From: an uncultured bacterium
Lineage (GTDB): Bacteria; AUK180
Length of the DNA stretch: 46,580 nt
Assembly: GCA_937863565.1 (NCBI GenBank)
Contig: CALMGJ010000017.1
Coordinates: 1-46,580 of the forward strand
Direction: 5' to 3'
Each line of letters opens with the position of its first letter. Within the stretch, counting starts at the first letter, position 1. Both the position numbers and the translations under genes were made by a program. Below are positions 1 to 10,400 of the stretch, piece by piece. The notes beneath the pieces were generated by a model. The model was given only the letters and a program-made list of their open reading frames with translations. It searched no databases and was not told the DNA's origin.

Positions 1-2
1 CC

Positions 3-131
3 AACTCTCCTTCCGATCTGGCGCTCGCCCTTAAAGGTTATGCGGTTCAGGGAGATGCTTCGGGAGAGAGCCTGGCTGAAACGGATAAAACGCCGTCACA
101 TACAATCGAAGACTCGGATATCGAACCTTAA
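3..131 (+). CDS. 3' end of an upstream gene, truncated by the window edge; product unknown
   Basis: Frame 3 is open from the window start (NSPSDLALALKGYAVQGD...IEDSDIEP) to TAA 129-131, directly abutting the helicase ATG at 132. Confidence 0.5.
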   Translation, partial: NSPSDLALALKGYAVQGDASGESLAETDKTPSHTIEDSDIEP

Positions 132-2282
132 ATGCCCGTCGACCTAAAAGATTTTCTGAACCGGGAACAGCTCGAGGCCGTTCATTCAAAGGACCGCGTA
201 AATCTGGTCTTTGCCGGCGCGGGTACAGGAAAAACAAGGCTTATTCTCTATAAGATATTCAATATCTTCGAAAGTGAATCCCCGAAAAACCACGATTTCT
301 TCATAACCACCTTTACAAATAAAGCGGCAGATGAGCTCAAAGAAAGGCTGAATGCGCTTTTGGGAAGGCAAATCCACTTCCCCTATTTGGGAACGTTCCA
401 TTCGCTGTGCTGCCGCGTACTCAGGAAATATGCGCCGGCGATAGGGTATAAAAAGGATTTCACGATCTACGATGAGGACGACTCCGTAAAACTTCTTAAA
501 AAGATCATACCGCAGGAAAAAAGACAGATACATAAACCGGAAAAGGTCTTAAGAAGCATCTCTTTCTATAAGGAGAACAGGTTCGATTCAGACGAGAAAC
601 TCGAGGAGGAATTCTCTGATTACTATAAAGAATACGAAAAATCGCTGAAACGGAACAATTCATTTGATTTTGCAGACCTTCTCGAGAAGACAATAGTGCT
701 TTTCGAAAGCATCCCCGATGCGCTGAACGATTACGCAAAGCACTTCAAATATCTCTTCGTGGACGAATTCCAGGATACCAATCTCGCCCAGTACCGTATT
801 TTGCGGCTGCTATGGAAAGCCGCATCAAGTTCGGGGAAGGGGTACATGATGGTCGTTGGCGACGAGAATCAGAGCATATACGCCTTCAGGAACGCCTGTG
901 TTGAGAACATACTCAATTTCCCGAAGGACTATCCCGGGTCCAGGGTGCTTACGCTTTCCGTCAATTACCGCTCCACGAAAAATATCCTCGATACGGCCCG
1001 GCCGCTGGCGCACAAGAACCCCTTCAAGGACAAATACCTGGTTCCGGCTGACCCGGAAAGGACCGGAGAGAAGGTGGTATACGCCACGCTTCTCAATGAG
1101 AGGAAAGAGGCCGAATTCATCATCGGGGAGATCATAAGATTGAAGGAAGCGGGAGTGAACCTGAGCGATATCGCCGTTTTCTTCAGGACGAACAATCAGA
1201 TCAGGGTGCTTGAAAGCGAGATGAAGAACGCGCTGATCCCCCATATCATAATCGGAGCTCAAAGATTCTACGAAAGAATGGAGATAAAGGATATTTTAGC
1301 ATATATAAAATTCGCCGTGAACGGAGATGACTCCGTATCCCTTTCCCGCATCATAGGCATTCCCAAACGGGGGATCGGAGAAAAGACCTTCGAAGCGGTG
1401 CTTAAATATTCTGCAGAGGAGAATACGGCCCTCCAGTCTGCGGCCGCAGAATGCGTTAAAAAAGGGATCGTCCCGAAAAGCAGGGAATCCGGATTCAATG
1501 ACCTTTTTGCTACGGTACAGTGGATAAGGGAAAGCCCTCTTAAGCCTTCAGAGACGGTGAAGACGCTCCTCGAGAAGATAGAGTATTTAAGGTATCTGAT
1601 GGATTTCGATGCCGAGACCTTCGAGGAAAGAAGGGATAATGTGAACTTCTTTTTAAGGGAACTTAAAAATTTCGAAAGCATGGGCTATCTCACGCTCGTG
1701 GAGATACTCGAACTTCTCACCCTCTCCTCGTCCGTGGATTCGTGGAAAAGGCACGAGGGGGCCGTTAATCTGATGACGCTGCATCTTTCGAAAGGTCTCG
1801 AATTCGATACGGTTTTCATCTCCGGCGTTGAGCAGGGCATTTTGCCGCACCTAAACTGCGCCGGCCAGAAGGAATACGAAGAAGAAAAACGCCTTCTGTA
1901 CGTGGGAATAACAAGAGGCAAGCAGAAGGTTTACCTGACCCGCGCTAAAACGAGGTTCGTATTCGGGGACATCAGGGAGAATCCCGAATCGGATTTTGTT
2001 AAAATGCTGGATCGGGATATCCTCGATATAAGAGATAGAACGGTCTTCTCATTTGAACCCGGCCCTCAGATCACCCGCACATTGAAAACCGTTCCCGAGC
2101 CGGAAGAACCGTCAGCTCCCGGACATCCGGTATTCGTAAAAGGCGTGAAAGTACGGCATGGAACCTACGGAGTAGGCCTTGTGGTCGGAGCCAGGGAAGA
2201 GGGCGGTAAGATAAAAGTGGATGTACATTTTTACAAACATGGAAAAAAAGTTATAATAGGCGACTATCTGGAGATATTATGA
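132..2282 (+). CDS. pcrA: ATP-dependent DNA helicase, UvrD/PcrA family
   Basis: Q motif LNREQLEAV, Walker A AGAGTGKT, TFTNKAA, TFHS, DEFQDTN, VGDENQS, NYRST, MTLHLSKGLEF, EEKRLLYVGITR, and a C-terminal Tudor-like VRHGTYGVG. Confidence 0.95.
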   Translation: MPVDLKDFLNREQLEAVHSKDRVNLVFAGAGTGKTRLILYKIFNIFESESPKNHDFFITTFTNKAADELKERLNALLGRQIHFPYLGTFHSLCCRVLRKYAPAIGYKKDFTIYDEDDSVKLLKKIIPQEKRQIHKPEKVLRSISFYKENRFDSDEKLEEEFSDYYKEYEKSLKRNNSFDFADLLEKTIVLFESIPDALNDYAKHFKYLFVDEFQDTNLAQYRILRLLWKAASSSGKGYMMVVGDENQSIYAFRNACVENILNFPKDYPGSRVLTLSVNYRSTKNILDTARPLAHKNPFKDKYLVPADPERTGEKVVYATLLNERKEAEFIIGEIIRLKEAGVNLSDIAVFFRTNNQIRVLESEMKNALIPHIIIGAQRFYERMEIKDILAYIKFAVNGDDSVSLSRIIGIPKRGIGEKTFEAVLKYSAEENTALQSAAAECVKKGIVPKSRESGFNDLFATVQWIRESPLKPSETVKTLLEKIEYLRYLMDFDAETFEERRDNVNFFLRELKNFESMGYLTLVEILELLTLSSSVDSWKRHEGAVNLMTLHLSKGLEFDTVFISGVEQGILPHLNCAGQKEYEEEKRLLYVGITRGKQKVYLTRAKTRFVFGDIRENPESDFVKMLDRDILDIRDRTVFSFEPGPQITRTLKTVPEPEEPSAPGHPVFVKGVKVRHGTYGVGLVVGAREEGGKIKVDVHFYKHGKKVIIGDYLEIL

Positions 2283-3169
2283 AATTGAAGGAAAAGTACA
2301 GGCACTACGATATCGTATTCAATATCTATATGTGCACGATGGCCGTTCTGCTTCTTGTTTTCGGACCCGGGAGAATAGACAACTGGCTCCTTCATGCCCT
2401 GAAATACGTGCTCGTCGCCTGCGTTGGGAATGCGCTTGTGATCTACGGCAAGGACAAAGGGATCATAGGCTTTTTCAGGACATTCTATCCAATGCTGATT
2501 TTCCAGATGAATTATACCGATTCGGGCAGATTCGCATTTATGTTCTTCAGCGAACTTCAGGACCCGCTCATCCTGAATTTCGAGAGGATATTCTTCCCGG
2601 TCCAGCCCGTGATCTTCCTGGAAAGGCTTGCCAGCCCTCTTCTTACAGAACTCGTTACCGTAGGATATATGGCTTATTATTTTATTTTGCCCATCCTCGC
2701 GCTCCTTCTTTTCTACCGTAAAAAAGATATTAAAGGAACATATAATCTCATGCTTACCGTGAGCATCACTTTCTACTTCTGCTATCTTTTCTTCATGATC
2801 CTCCCCGTGGACGGTCCCTGGCGCTACAGGCCTGTCCTCGATGTATTCGACGGAAGGCTTTCCGGGTATTTCCTGTACCCCCTTCAGGAGAAGATCATGA
2901 AGATGGCCACTGTCCACAGCGGCTGTTTCCCGTCCTCTCATGTTGCCGTTGCTACCGTTACAATACTCAATGCGAGAAAATATTACAAAACGCTCGGATT
3001 CCCATATCTGATCATCGGCGTGCTTCTTTTCTTTGCGACCTTTTATCTGAGGTTCCACTATTTAACGGATTCAGTGGCAGGATTTCTGGTGGGCGCGCTT
3101 TTCTTCAAAGTGATCTCGCGGTATAATGACAGATGGTTCGAGAAAAAGAATACGATCTCATCGTCGTAG
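2279..3169 (+). CDS. PAP2-superfamily membrane phosphatase/phosphotransferase (AUR1/IPC-synthase-like)
   Basis: Multiple hydrophobic helices with PVDGP, GCFPSSHVA and RFHYLTDSVAG motifs; ATGA overlap with the helicase stop. Confidence 0.85.
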   Translation: MKLKEKYRHYDIVFNIYMCTMAVLLLVFGPGRIDNWLLHALKYVLVACVGNALVIYGKDKGIIGFFRTFYPMLIFQMNYTDSGRFAFMFFSELQDPLILNFERIFFPVQPVIFLERLASPLLTELVTVGYMAYYFILPILALLLFYRKKDIKGTYNLMLTVSITFYFCYLFFMILPVDGPWRYRPVLDVFDGRLSGYFLYPLQEKIMKMATVHSGCFPSSHVAVATVTILNARKYYKTLGFPYLIIGVLLFFATFYLRFHYLTDSVAGFLVGALFFKVISRYNDRWFEKKNTISSS

Positions 3170-4947
3170 GGGCGGGCCATGCCGGTCTTGAAGCGTCGCT
3201 GATATCCGCTAAATTCGGCTTGAAGATCTGCCTGCTCACTCTTTCCCGCGGGACAGTAGCCGAAATGCCATGCAACCCGTCCATAGGAGGAATAGCGAAA
3301 GGCCATCTTGTAAGAGAGATAGACGCCCTCGGCGGAGCGATGGGAATGGCAGCGGACTATGCGGGTATTCACTTTAAAATGCTCAACCGCTCAAAGGGGC
3401 CTGCCGTATGGGGCCCTCGCGCTCAGACGGATAAAAAACTGTATTCCGCGTTCTTTACAGATCTTCTCAATATGCATGCGAATATCGTTCTTATCGAGGA
3501 TGAAGCGCAGGCAATTATCGCCGAGAACGGATCCTTCCGCGCAGTGAAGACAAAGTGCAGCGGAGATATCCTTGCCTCTGCCTGTGTGATCACGACGGGG
3601 ACCTTCCTGAACGGTGTCATGTACAGGGGAGAAGAAAAATTCCCCGGCGGCTGTTTCGGGCAGCCCCCATCCGTGCCCCTGTCCGCAAGCATCTCCTCGC
3701 TCGGTATCAAGATGATCAGACTGAAGACCGGAACTCCGGCAAGGATAAAAACGGCTTCGATCGATCTTGCCAAAACCACTGAAGATCCCGGAGAGGATAT
3801 CGATTATTCATTCTCATTTTCGAAACGGGACGTGATAAAGAACAAGGTGAAATGTCATGTCACATACACGAATGAAGCCACGCATTCCATTATCCGCGAA
3901 GGACTTTCCCGCTCACCCCTTTACAAAGGGATAATAAAGGGGATCGGGCCGCGGTATTGCCCGTCAATAGAAGATAAAGTGGTGAAATTCCCTTCCCGGA
4001 CAAGGCATCAGATCTTCCTTGAACCGGAAGACCTCGGGGATGAATTGACCTATCCCAACGGAATATCCACATCACTGCCTTCCGATGTCCAGGACCGCTT
4101 CGTCAGAACGATACCGGGACTTGAGGATTGCCGTATCGCAAGATACGGTTATGCCGTGGAATATGATGCCGTTCTTCCACACCAGAATGAAAGGACGCTC
4201 TGTTCGAAAAACTTAAAGGGCCTGTATTTCGCGGGCCAGATCAATGGTACGTCCGGTTACGAGGAAGCCGCAGCGCAGGGCCTGATCGCAGGGATCAATG
4301 CTTCCCTTAAGATCAAGGGAGAACCCCCTTTCACCCTTTCATCAAAAGATGCCTATATAGGCGTTCTTATAGAAGAACTCGTTCTGAAGAGCATTAATGA
4401 GCCATACCGTCTTTTCACTTCAAGCGCGGAACACCGCCTTCTTCTGCGCGCGGATAACGCGGATATGCGTCTTAGGCCCTTCGCCGTAAAGTACGGACTT
4501 ATCGCAACCGGTCAGCGCCGCGCATTTGAAAAAAAGAAAGAGGCAGCGGATATCCTTTCTGCAAGGATCCGCGAGATGAAATACCGCGACGGAGGCCGGA
4601 CGCTGAAGTATGAAACATTTATAAAAAGAGATATCGCAAATGCTCTTGCGGACCTGACAGTCTCGCAGGCCATCGATCCCGATATCATTTTTACCGTTCT
4701 GAACGATATCAAGTATAGAGGTTATATCGCCCGGGATTCCCGCAGAAAGAACGAGAAAGCACTTCTTCTGGAATTACCGGCCTGCCTTGATTACAGCGGG
4801 ATCAAGGAATTAAAAAAAGAGGCCCGGCAAAAATTATCCGAAATAAGACCGGAAACCCTTCTTGATGCCGGTCGCATTCCCGGGATCTCCCAGGCCGATA
4901 TCGTCACGATCCTCATATATCTGAAGAAAATGAAAAATGAAAAATGA
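3133..4947 (+). CDS. mnmG: tRNA uridine-5-carboxymethylaminomethyl(34) synthesis enzyme MnmG (GidA)
   Basis: VVGAGHAGLEA, MPCNPSIGGIAKGHLVREIDALGG, RLKTGTP, GPRYCPSIEDK, AGQINGTSGYEEAAAQG. Confidence 0.98.
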   Translation: MVREKEYDLIVVGAGHAGLEASLISAKFGLKICLLTLSRGTVAEMPCNPSIGGIAKGHLVREIDALGGAMGMAADYAGIHFKMLNRSKGPAVWGPRAQTDKKLYSAFFTDLLNMHANIVLIEDEAQAIIAENGSFRAVKTKCSGDILASACVITTGTFLNGVMYRGEEKFPGGCFGQPPSVPLSASISSLGIKMIRLKTGTPARIKTASIDLAKTTEDPGEDIDYSFSFSKRDVIKNKVKCHVTYTNEATHSIIREGLSRSPLYKGIIKGIGPRYCPSIEDKVVKFPSRTRHQIFLEPEDLGDELTYPNGISTSLPSDVQDRFVRTIPGLEDCRIARYGYAVEYDAVLPHQNERTLCSKNLKGLYFAGQINGTSGYEEAAAQGLIAGINASLKIKGEPPFTLSSKDAYIGVLIEELVLKSINEPYRLFTSSAEHRLLLRADNADMRLRPFAVKYGLIATGQRRAFEKKKEAADILSARIREMKYRDGGRTLKYETFIKRDIANALADLTVSQAIDPDIIFTVLNDIKYRGYIARDSRRKNEKALLLELPACLDYSGIKELKKEARQKLSEIRPETLLDAGRIPGISQADIVTILIYLKKMKNEK

Positions 4948-4993
4948 AGAATTGATAATTGAGAATGGACAATTAACAATTAAAAGTTAAAAA
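4931..4993 (+). repeat. Degenerate 7-bp tandem repeat tract overlapping the mnmG stop
   Basis: tgaaaaa tgaaaaa tgaagaa ttgataa ttgagaa tggacaa ttaacaa ttaaaag ttaaaaa. Confidence 0.8.
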
Positions 4994-5032
4994 GAATGAG
5001 AAGAACAGATATTTTGACGATCAAGATTTTTA

Positions 5033-5060
5033 TTGACTTTTTTATGAAAATGAATACAAT
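5033..5060 (+). promoter_or_regulatory. Sigma70-type promoter, probably giving a leaderless mRNA
   Basis: TTGACT-16 bp-TACAAT; ATG at 5067 lies 6 nt after the -10 box and has no Shine-Dalgarno sequence. Confidence 0.6.
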
Positions 5061-5066
5061 ATCCCT

Positions 5067-6326
5067 ATGAAGAGAACGATCCTAATACTGTTTTTGTTCA
5101 GTGTCCTTCTTGCAGCGGCTCAGGATATCGAGATATATTTCAGCGGGAAAACATACGGGGAGATAACGCCGTGTTCCTGCCCGGTTCATCCGGATGGAGG
5201 CATTTCGAGGAGGATCAAGTTCCTCACTGACAGAAAAAGCCCGGATACTCTCTTCATCGATACGGGCGGCATCCTTTCCGGAGGCTACGGGGAATCAAGA
5301 GAAGAGCATATCGCGGCCGAACGCGACGAAGTTCTTATCGACGGATATAAAAGGATCGGTTATGATGCGATATCGCCCGGCGTGTCGGAATTTACCCACT
5401 CTTCGGAATACATCAGGAAATTATCGGAGGGATTGGGAAAAATACTGGTCTGCACAAACTACACGGGCAAAACGGGCTATCTGAACAAGTATATAGTTAA
5501 ACAGATAGGGGATACCCGCGTTCTTATCTTCGGCGTTTTCATCCCCGACGAAAATTTTCCCGTTCATGAGGATTTCCCGAGAAAAGATTTCGCCGATCCG
5601 GCGGAATCGGTGAAGAACGAGCTCATCAATATAAGGAGACCCGATGATCTTGTGATAGTCATCGGCTCTATCTCCGAAGATCAGGCTAGAAAGCTCGCCG
5701 GCCTGCTCCCCAATGTGCATATTATCCTTTTCGGAAAGAACGAGATACTGCAGAAGGAACCCGAGCAGGTCAAGAAAACCTACCTTGCCGCATCCAATTA
5801 CCAGTCCAAGAAGATCGGGCGGCTCCTGTGCCAGTTCCGGAACGGCAAACCCATCGATATCAAGTGCGGGTTCACGAGGATGTCCCCCGCTACGGGAGAG
5901 ATCGCCGATATTTATATAAGATCCCTTCAGGTATGCAGGCAAGAAAGCGTGAAATGCCCTCATTATGTGTATTTTTATCTCGGCCCCGATTATCTTAAAT
6001 ACGAGAAGAAGATCAAAGAATCCCTCAAGGTCCTTTTGAAGAAAGGTATCGAACGCAAGGTCATTTTCTCCGATTTCAAAGACGAAGATGCCATTTATTT
6101 CGACATGATGAACAATGAGTTGTCCAAGTATATTAAAATCCGACCGTCAAAAATGAAGCAGAAAGAGTACAAGGCGGAAATGAGCAGAACGAAAAACGAG
6201 CATGAGAAGGCGAATTTCGGCACAGCGCTGCCCGGCGTATACACGGGCCTCAGGTATTTCTCTTTGGAGGATCTCGATACAGATTCTCTGATCTGGGATA
6301 TGAGAGTATTAGGTCTTTTAAAATAA
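5067..6326 (+). CDS. Exported 5'-nucleotidase/UshA-like metallophosphoesterase-fold protein with a CxC motif; canonical metal ligands degenerate
   Basis: Signal peptide MKRTILILFLFSVLLAAA; GEITPCSCPVHPDGGISRR, IDTGG, YDAISPGVSEF and VCTN mirror the UshA N-domain motifs. Confidence 0.65.
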   Translation: MKRTILILFLFSVLLAAAQDIEIYFSGKTYGEITPCSCPVHPDGGISRRIKFLTDRKSPDTLFIDTGGILSGGYGESREEHIAAERDEVLIDGYKRIGYDAISPGVSEFTHSSEYIRKLSEGLGKILVCTNYTGKTGYLNKYIVKQIGDTRVLIFGVFIPDENFPVHEDFPRKDFADPAESVKNELINIRRPDDLVIVIGSISEDQARKLAGLLPNVHIILFGKNEILQKEPEQVKKTYLAASNYQSKKIGRLLCQFRNGKPIDIKCGFTRMSPATGEIADIYIRSLQVCRQESVKCPHYVYFYLGPDYLKYEKKIKESLKVLLKKGIERKVIFSDFKDEDAIYFDMMNNELSKYIKIRPSKMKQKEYKAEMSRTKNEHEKANFGTALPGVYTGLRYFSLEDLDTDSLIWDMRVLGLLK

Positions 6327-6327
6327 C

Positions 6328-6356
6328 TTGACTTGTTCTTCCTATTTTGCTATAAT
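6328..6356 (+). promoter_or_regulatory. Sigma70-type promoter
   Basis: TTGACT-17 bp-TATAAT, followed by SD GAGGAGG (6369-6375) and ATG 6382. Confidence 0.75.
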
Positions 6357-6381
6357 AAAAAAAATATTGAGGAGGCATTGC

Positions 6382-7227
6382 ATGAGAAAATACCTTTCTT
6401 TTCTCATTATCGTCCTGTCGTCGATGATATTATTAAGCGGGTGTCTGCAGAACGAGAAGACATTTGATCCTGATAACAACGCACCGATGATCAATTTCTT
6501 CGACCTTTTTCCACAGACCGTCGTGCGCTACAATACGGTGACCATCACAGTCAACTACACGGATTATGACGATGATAATGTGGTATTCACGATAGAGCCG
6601 TATGAGTTCCCCGCGGATTATGTTGATTATGATCCGGATTGGGAGGAGAACACTCCCGATATCGTTTCCGGAACGGACAATACACAGTTCACTTGGTGCG
6701 CACCCCATATCGCCGGCAGATACTGGTTCAAAGCTAAAGGTACGGACGGGCATTTTACGACGGAATCGCTTTTCTCCATCATCGTCCTTTCAAGGCCTCC
6801 TTCGATCACAGTCTCTCCTGCACCTGTCTCCGCTTTTAAACTTGAGAGCGAATTCGTCAAGATGCCTACATTCAGTCTTCACATCGCAGATGCGGACGAA
6901 CCGCCCGCGTCAACGGTCACAGCTACGATCCAGCTCCTTGATCTGACGGGAGCGGATACCTTCCCCAAGGGTAAACTGTATTTTTCAGGGACAGACGATA
7001 CGGACCTTGTCACGATCGCGACGAGCGAAACATCGGCAACAGTGATCGTGGACACAGGGACGGCCACGATAGATCTGCATTGCGGTTACTATATGAGCGA
7101 TGCGGATATCGCCCTTTGGAACGCTGACAGATACGATACTTTTCTTGTAAAAGTGTTCCTGATCGACGAATGCGGGTATTCGAACTCATATTCTAAACAG
7201 ATCATAATAGGCCGCACGATCTATTGA
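6382..7227 (+). CDS. Lipoprotein with Ig/PKD-like beta-rich domains
   Basis: Start moved to 6382 on the basis of the SD; lipobox LLSG-C; NNAP...TITVNYTDYDDD and WCAP..AGRYWFKAKGTDG Ig-like patterns. Confidence 0.7.
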   Translation: MRKYLSFLIIVLSSMILLSGCLQNEKTFDPDNNAPMINFFDLFPQTVVRYNTVTITVNYTDYDDDNVVFTIEPYEFPADYVDYDPDWEENTPDIVSGTDNTQFTWCAPHIAGRYWFKAKGTDGHFTTESLFSIIVLSRPPSITVSPAPVSAFKLESEFVKMPTFSLHIADADEPPASTVTATIQLLDLTGADTFPKGKLYFSGTDDTDLVTIATSETSATVIVDTGTATIDLHCGYYMSDADIALWNADRYDTFLVKVFLIDECGYSNSYSKQIIIGRTIY

Positions 7228-7392
7228 TCCCAAGCCTTTTTATTATATGTTCTGCCACTTTCGAAAGGTTCGTTTGCACCGCTCTTTTCTTCTTTAAAGA
7301 ACTATTACCCGGTGAATTCAAAAAATAAAAAAAATTCCAGAAAAATGGAAAAAAGCCTGAAGTGATTTCCCAATAACAGAGAACTTGTTGCC

Positions 7393-7408
7393 TGGCACAA
7401 ATCTTGTA
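7393..7408 (+). promoter_or_regulatory. Putative sigma54 (-24/-12) promoter
   Basis: TGGCAC-AAATC-TTGTA versus consensus TGGCAC-N5-TTGCW (GT instead of GC at -12); 31 nt upstream of ATG 7440, SD GGAGG at 7427-7431. Confidence 0.5.
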
Positions 7409-7439
7409 TAACTTAATGAAAATTATGGAGGTATTGAGT

Positions 7440-10400
7440 ATGAAAAAATGCATGCTCGTCATTCTGGCATTGATATTGTCAATTTCAGTCTCCGCCTTCG
7501 ATAAGGAGGACTGGAATACGGACAATGGCCCCATGATACTTTCCAGATACGATCTTCAGAAGAACTTTTCTGAAGAGGACTATCAGGAAGTGAAATCGGG
7601 CGATGTAGTGTTTTTCAAGCCGCGCCTGAAAGTGGGCGAAGTGAAGGAACTCTGCCCGGGCTTCAAGGTTACGCTCGTAAGGCATTTGTCCAACGGCAAG
7701 CCCACACTGGTCTGGGCCGACAGGATCTATGTCAGGTTCAAAGGCCAGGATTCGATATCCTATGAAAAGGCCAATGCGCTCCTGAAAACCTTGGGGGCAA
7801 GAATACTTCCCCAGTACAGGGTTTCTGATGAAACGGCCTTCTCCGTATTCGTCCCGGACGGCGAAACGGTGGAATCGCTCACGGCCAAGCTGAACAAGCT
7901 TTCCGAGGTCGAATATGCCGAACCTTACCAGGTTTACTATACGCACTATACTCCTACCGATCCGAACTATTCCTCGCAGTGGCATCATCCCCTGGTCCAA
8001 ATGCCCGATGCCTGGAACATAACCTTCGGCGATCCCGGAACGGTCTTCGAGATAAACGATTCGGGTTTCTCTCTGTACACTCTAGCCGGCGACGCCTATA
8101 TCAAGACCGGTTCTTCATATGTCGTTTCCAATGAACTGCAGCATATCGCGGCGGACAGAGCGACATACGAACACAATCCCGGTCCGAACCGCGACCTTAC
8201 CAGGGGCGACAATTATCCGAACGACGAGTTCGGCCACGGTACGGACATCTCGAACCTTATTTTTGCAGATATGAACGACGGCCAGTACGGCTGCGGCGTA
8301 GCTCCCGAACTTAAGATACTCCCCGTGAAATCGGGCAGCTGCGACGGCCTGATCTACTCCGGCAATGCCGGTATCGACTTCGGCCGCACGAACGGCGCCA
8401 AGGTGGTGAACTGCTCGTACGGCGGACATACGGCCGATTCCACTTCAAGGACCACGGTGAACAATGCCTGGCTGGCCGGCATGATCGTTGCCGCATCAAC
8501 GGGTAATGAAGGCGATACGACGGATTGGACTGTCGGCTTCCCCGGCGGTTACATCAATGCCCTCGCCGCAGGCGCCACGACATCGACCGGCGGCAGAGCC
8601 TCTTTCTCCTGTTACGGCTGGGGCGTAACGGCGGGTTTCCAGAACACGGAAGAGGGAGAGACCTTCTGTGTGGCCCCGGGCTCGTCGCTTTACAACCTTC
8701 AGATGCAGTATTCCACATATTCCGGCGGCGCTTATCTTTGCGCTACGGCCGACCCGACGAACCAGACCTGGTCCGGTTCGACGACGGGAACCTCCTTCTC
8801 GTCGCCGATCCTCGGCGCTCTTGCCGCCCTCATGTATTCTTTGGGCGCATCAGATCCCGCTACGATAAGGGATATCATCGCCAATACCTGCGATCACACA
8901 TCCAACGGCAGGGTCTCGCCGACAGCGACATCCTCGATCTCCGGCGCCAATACGTATTCGGAGCAGTACGGCCACGGCATGGTCCAGTTCGCCGATGCCC
9001 TGAACCAGGTAACGCCTGCGCCGTATCTTGTCTATCTTTCCAAGACCTTCTCTGATGCGACCGGCGGCGACAATGACGGAATTCCCGAACCCGGCGAAGC
9101 CGTGCAGATAACCGTGAGCCTTCAGAATACCGGCAAGGTAGGCGATTCGAATTCGACGGCGACTAATATCTCAGCCACCTTCTCTACAGCCGATTATTAT
9201 GCAATGGTCTCTGAGTCGGCATCTGCTTTCTCGGATATAATCGGCGGCGGAACAGGCGCGGCATCCGATCCCTTCACCCTCGAGATCTCCGCTTTCTGCC
9301 CCAATCTCCATGATATAGAGATATCAATGTATATAACGGCGAAATATTCTTCCGGCACGAAGGACTATTCCGCAACAAGAACGTTCAAACTGACCTGCGG
9401 CTCGACACCCGTCATCATTGTCGATGTCGACTCCGGTGCGGCCGTGAACGGTTATCAGATAAACTCTGAAGAAAGGCTCGGTTATTCGCTTTCAGCCCTT
9501 AACTGGACCTACGAGATCGTCAATTCGGCTCCTGCCGACCTCGCATATCCGAGATTCAATACCGTTTTCGTCTGTCTCGGTAACTGGGGATACTATTCTT
9601 CGGCAAGATCGTCCTCTGGTGATTTCCAGGTGATGACGAGCGAAGAGACCAATGCACTGAAGAACTTCGTAGATACCGGCGGCATGCTCTATATGGAAGG
9701 CGCCGGCGAAGCCCAGAGATACGGCGGGACGGCGCTTTGGACCCATTTCGGAACGAACTATACGGGCGATACCACAAGGGATTACTATACGGGCAATATC
9801 ACGACAGTGACCGGTATAGCCGCAACTGTAGGCGCAAGGGTTACCGCTACTACGGCTTATGAGAACAATGCCACGAACCCCGGCTGGGGCGCGTATACGG
9901 ACTCGTTCAATACGCCTCTTACCGTTACATCCGCCACTTCGGCCGTGACATCCGCCGGTCCTCAGGGCAATGGCCTGGCCAGAGTGGCCCAGCGCGATGT
10001 GACCAATCCCGCCGGCAAGACGATATGGTCGGATATCCTGTTCTCCGGTATCGCAACGACCGTTGCAAGCTCCACCGTAAGGAACAATTACATGGACGAT
10101 ATCCTTGACTTCTTCGGCCAGTCGACCAATCCGACGGATACGACACCGCCCGCAGATACGGAACTCTCCATTACATTAAATAAATTCGTCGGCGGCAAAG
10201 GTACGATATACTGGACGGCCCCCGGCGATGACGAAATGAACGGCTGGCTTGCGAATGCCAATCCTTATACGATGAGATATGTGCTGGACAATGCCGCGCC
10301 CTATACGATAGATTTTGCTTCGGCAACTGACCTTACCGGCGAACCTGCCGCGGCGGCATATCCCGGTCTTGCCCAGTCGATGGCTATTTCACTCACCGCG

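Noticed and set aside
2264-3058. 264-aa minus-strand ORF
   Set aside because: Shadow of the PAP2-family gene.
5151-5200. Possible selenoprotein (CxU motif known in UshA-like proteins)
   Set aside because: Codons are TGT-TCC-TGC, with no in-frame TGA.
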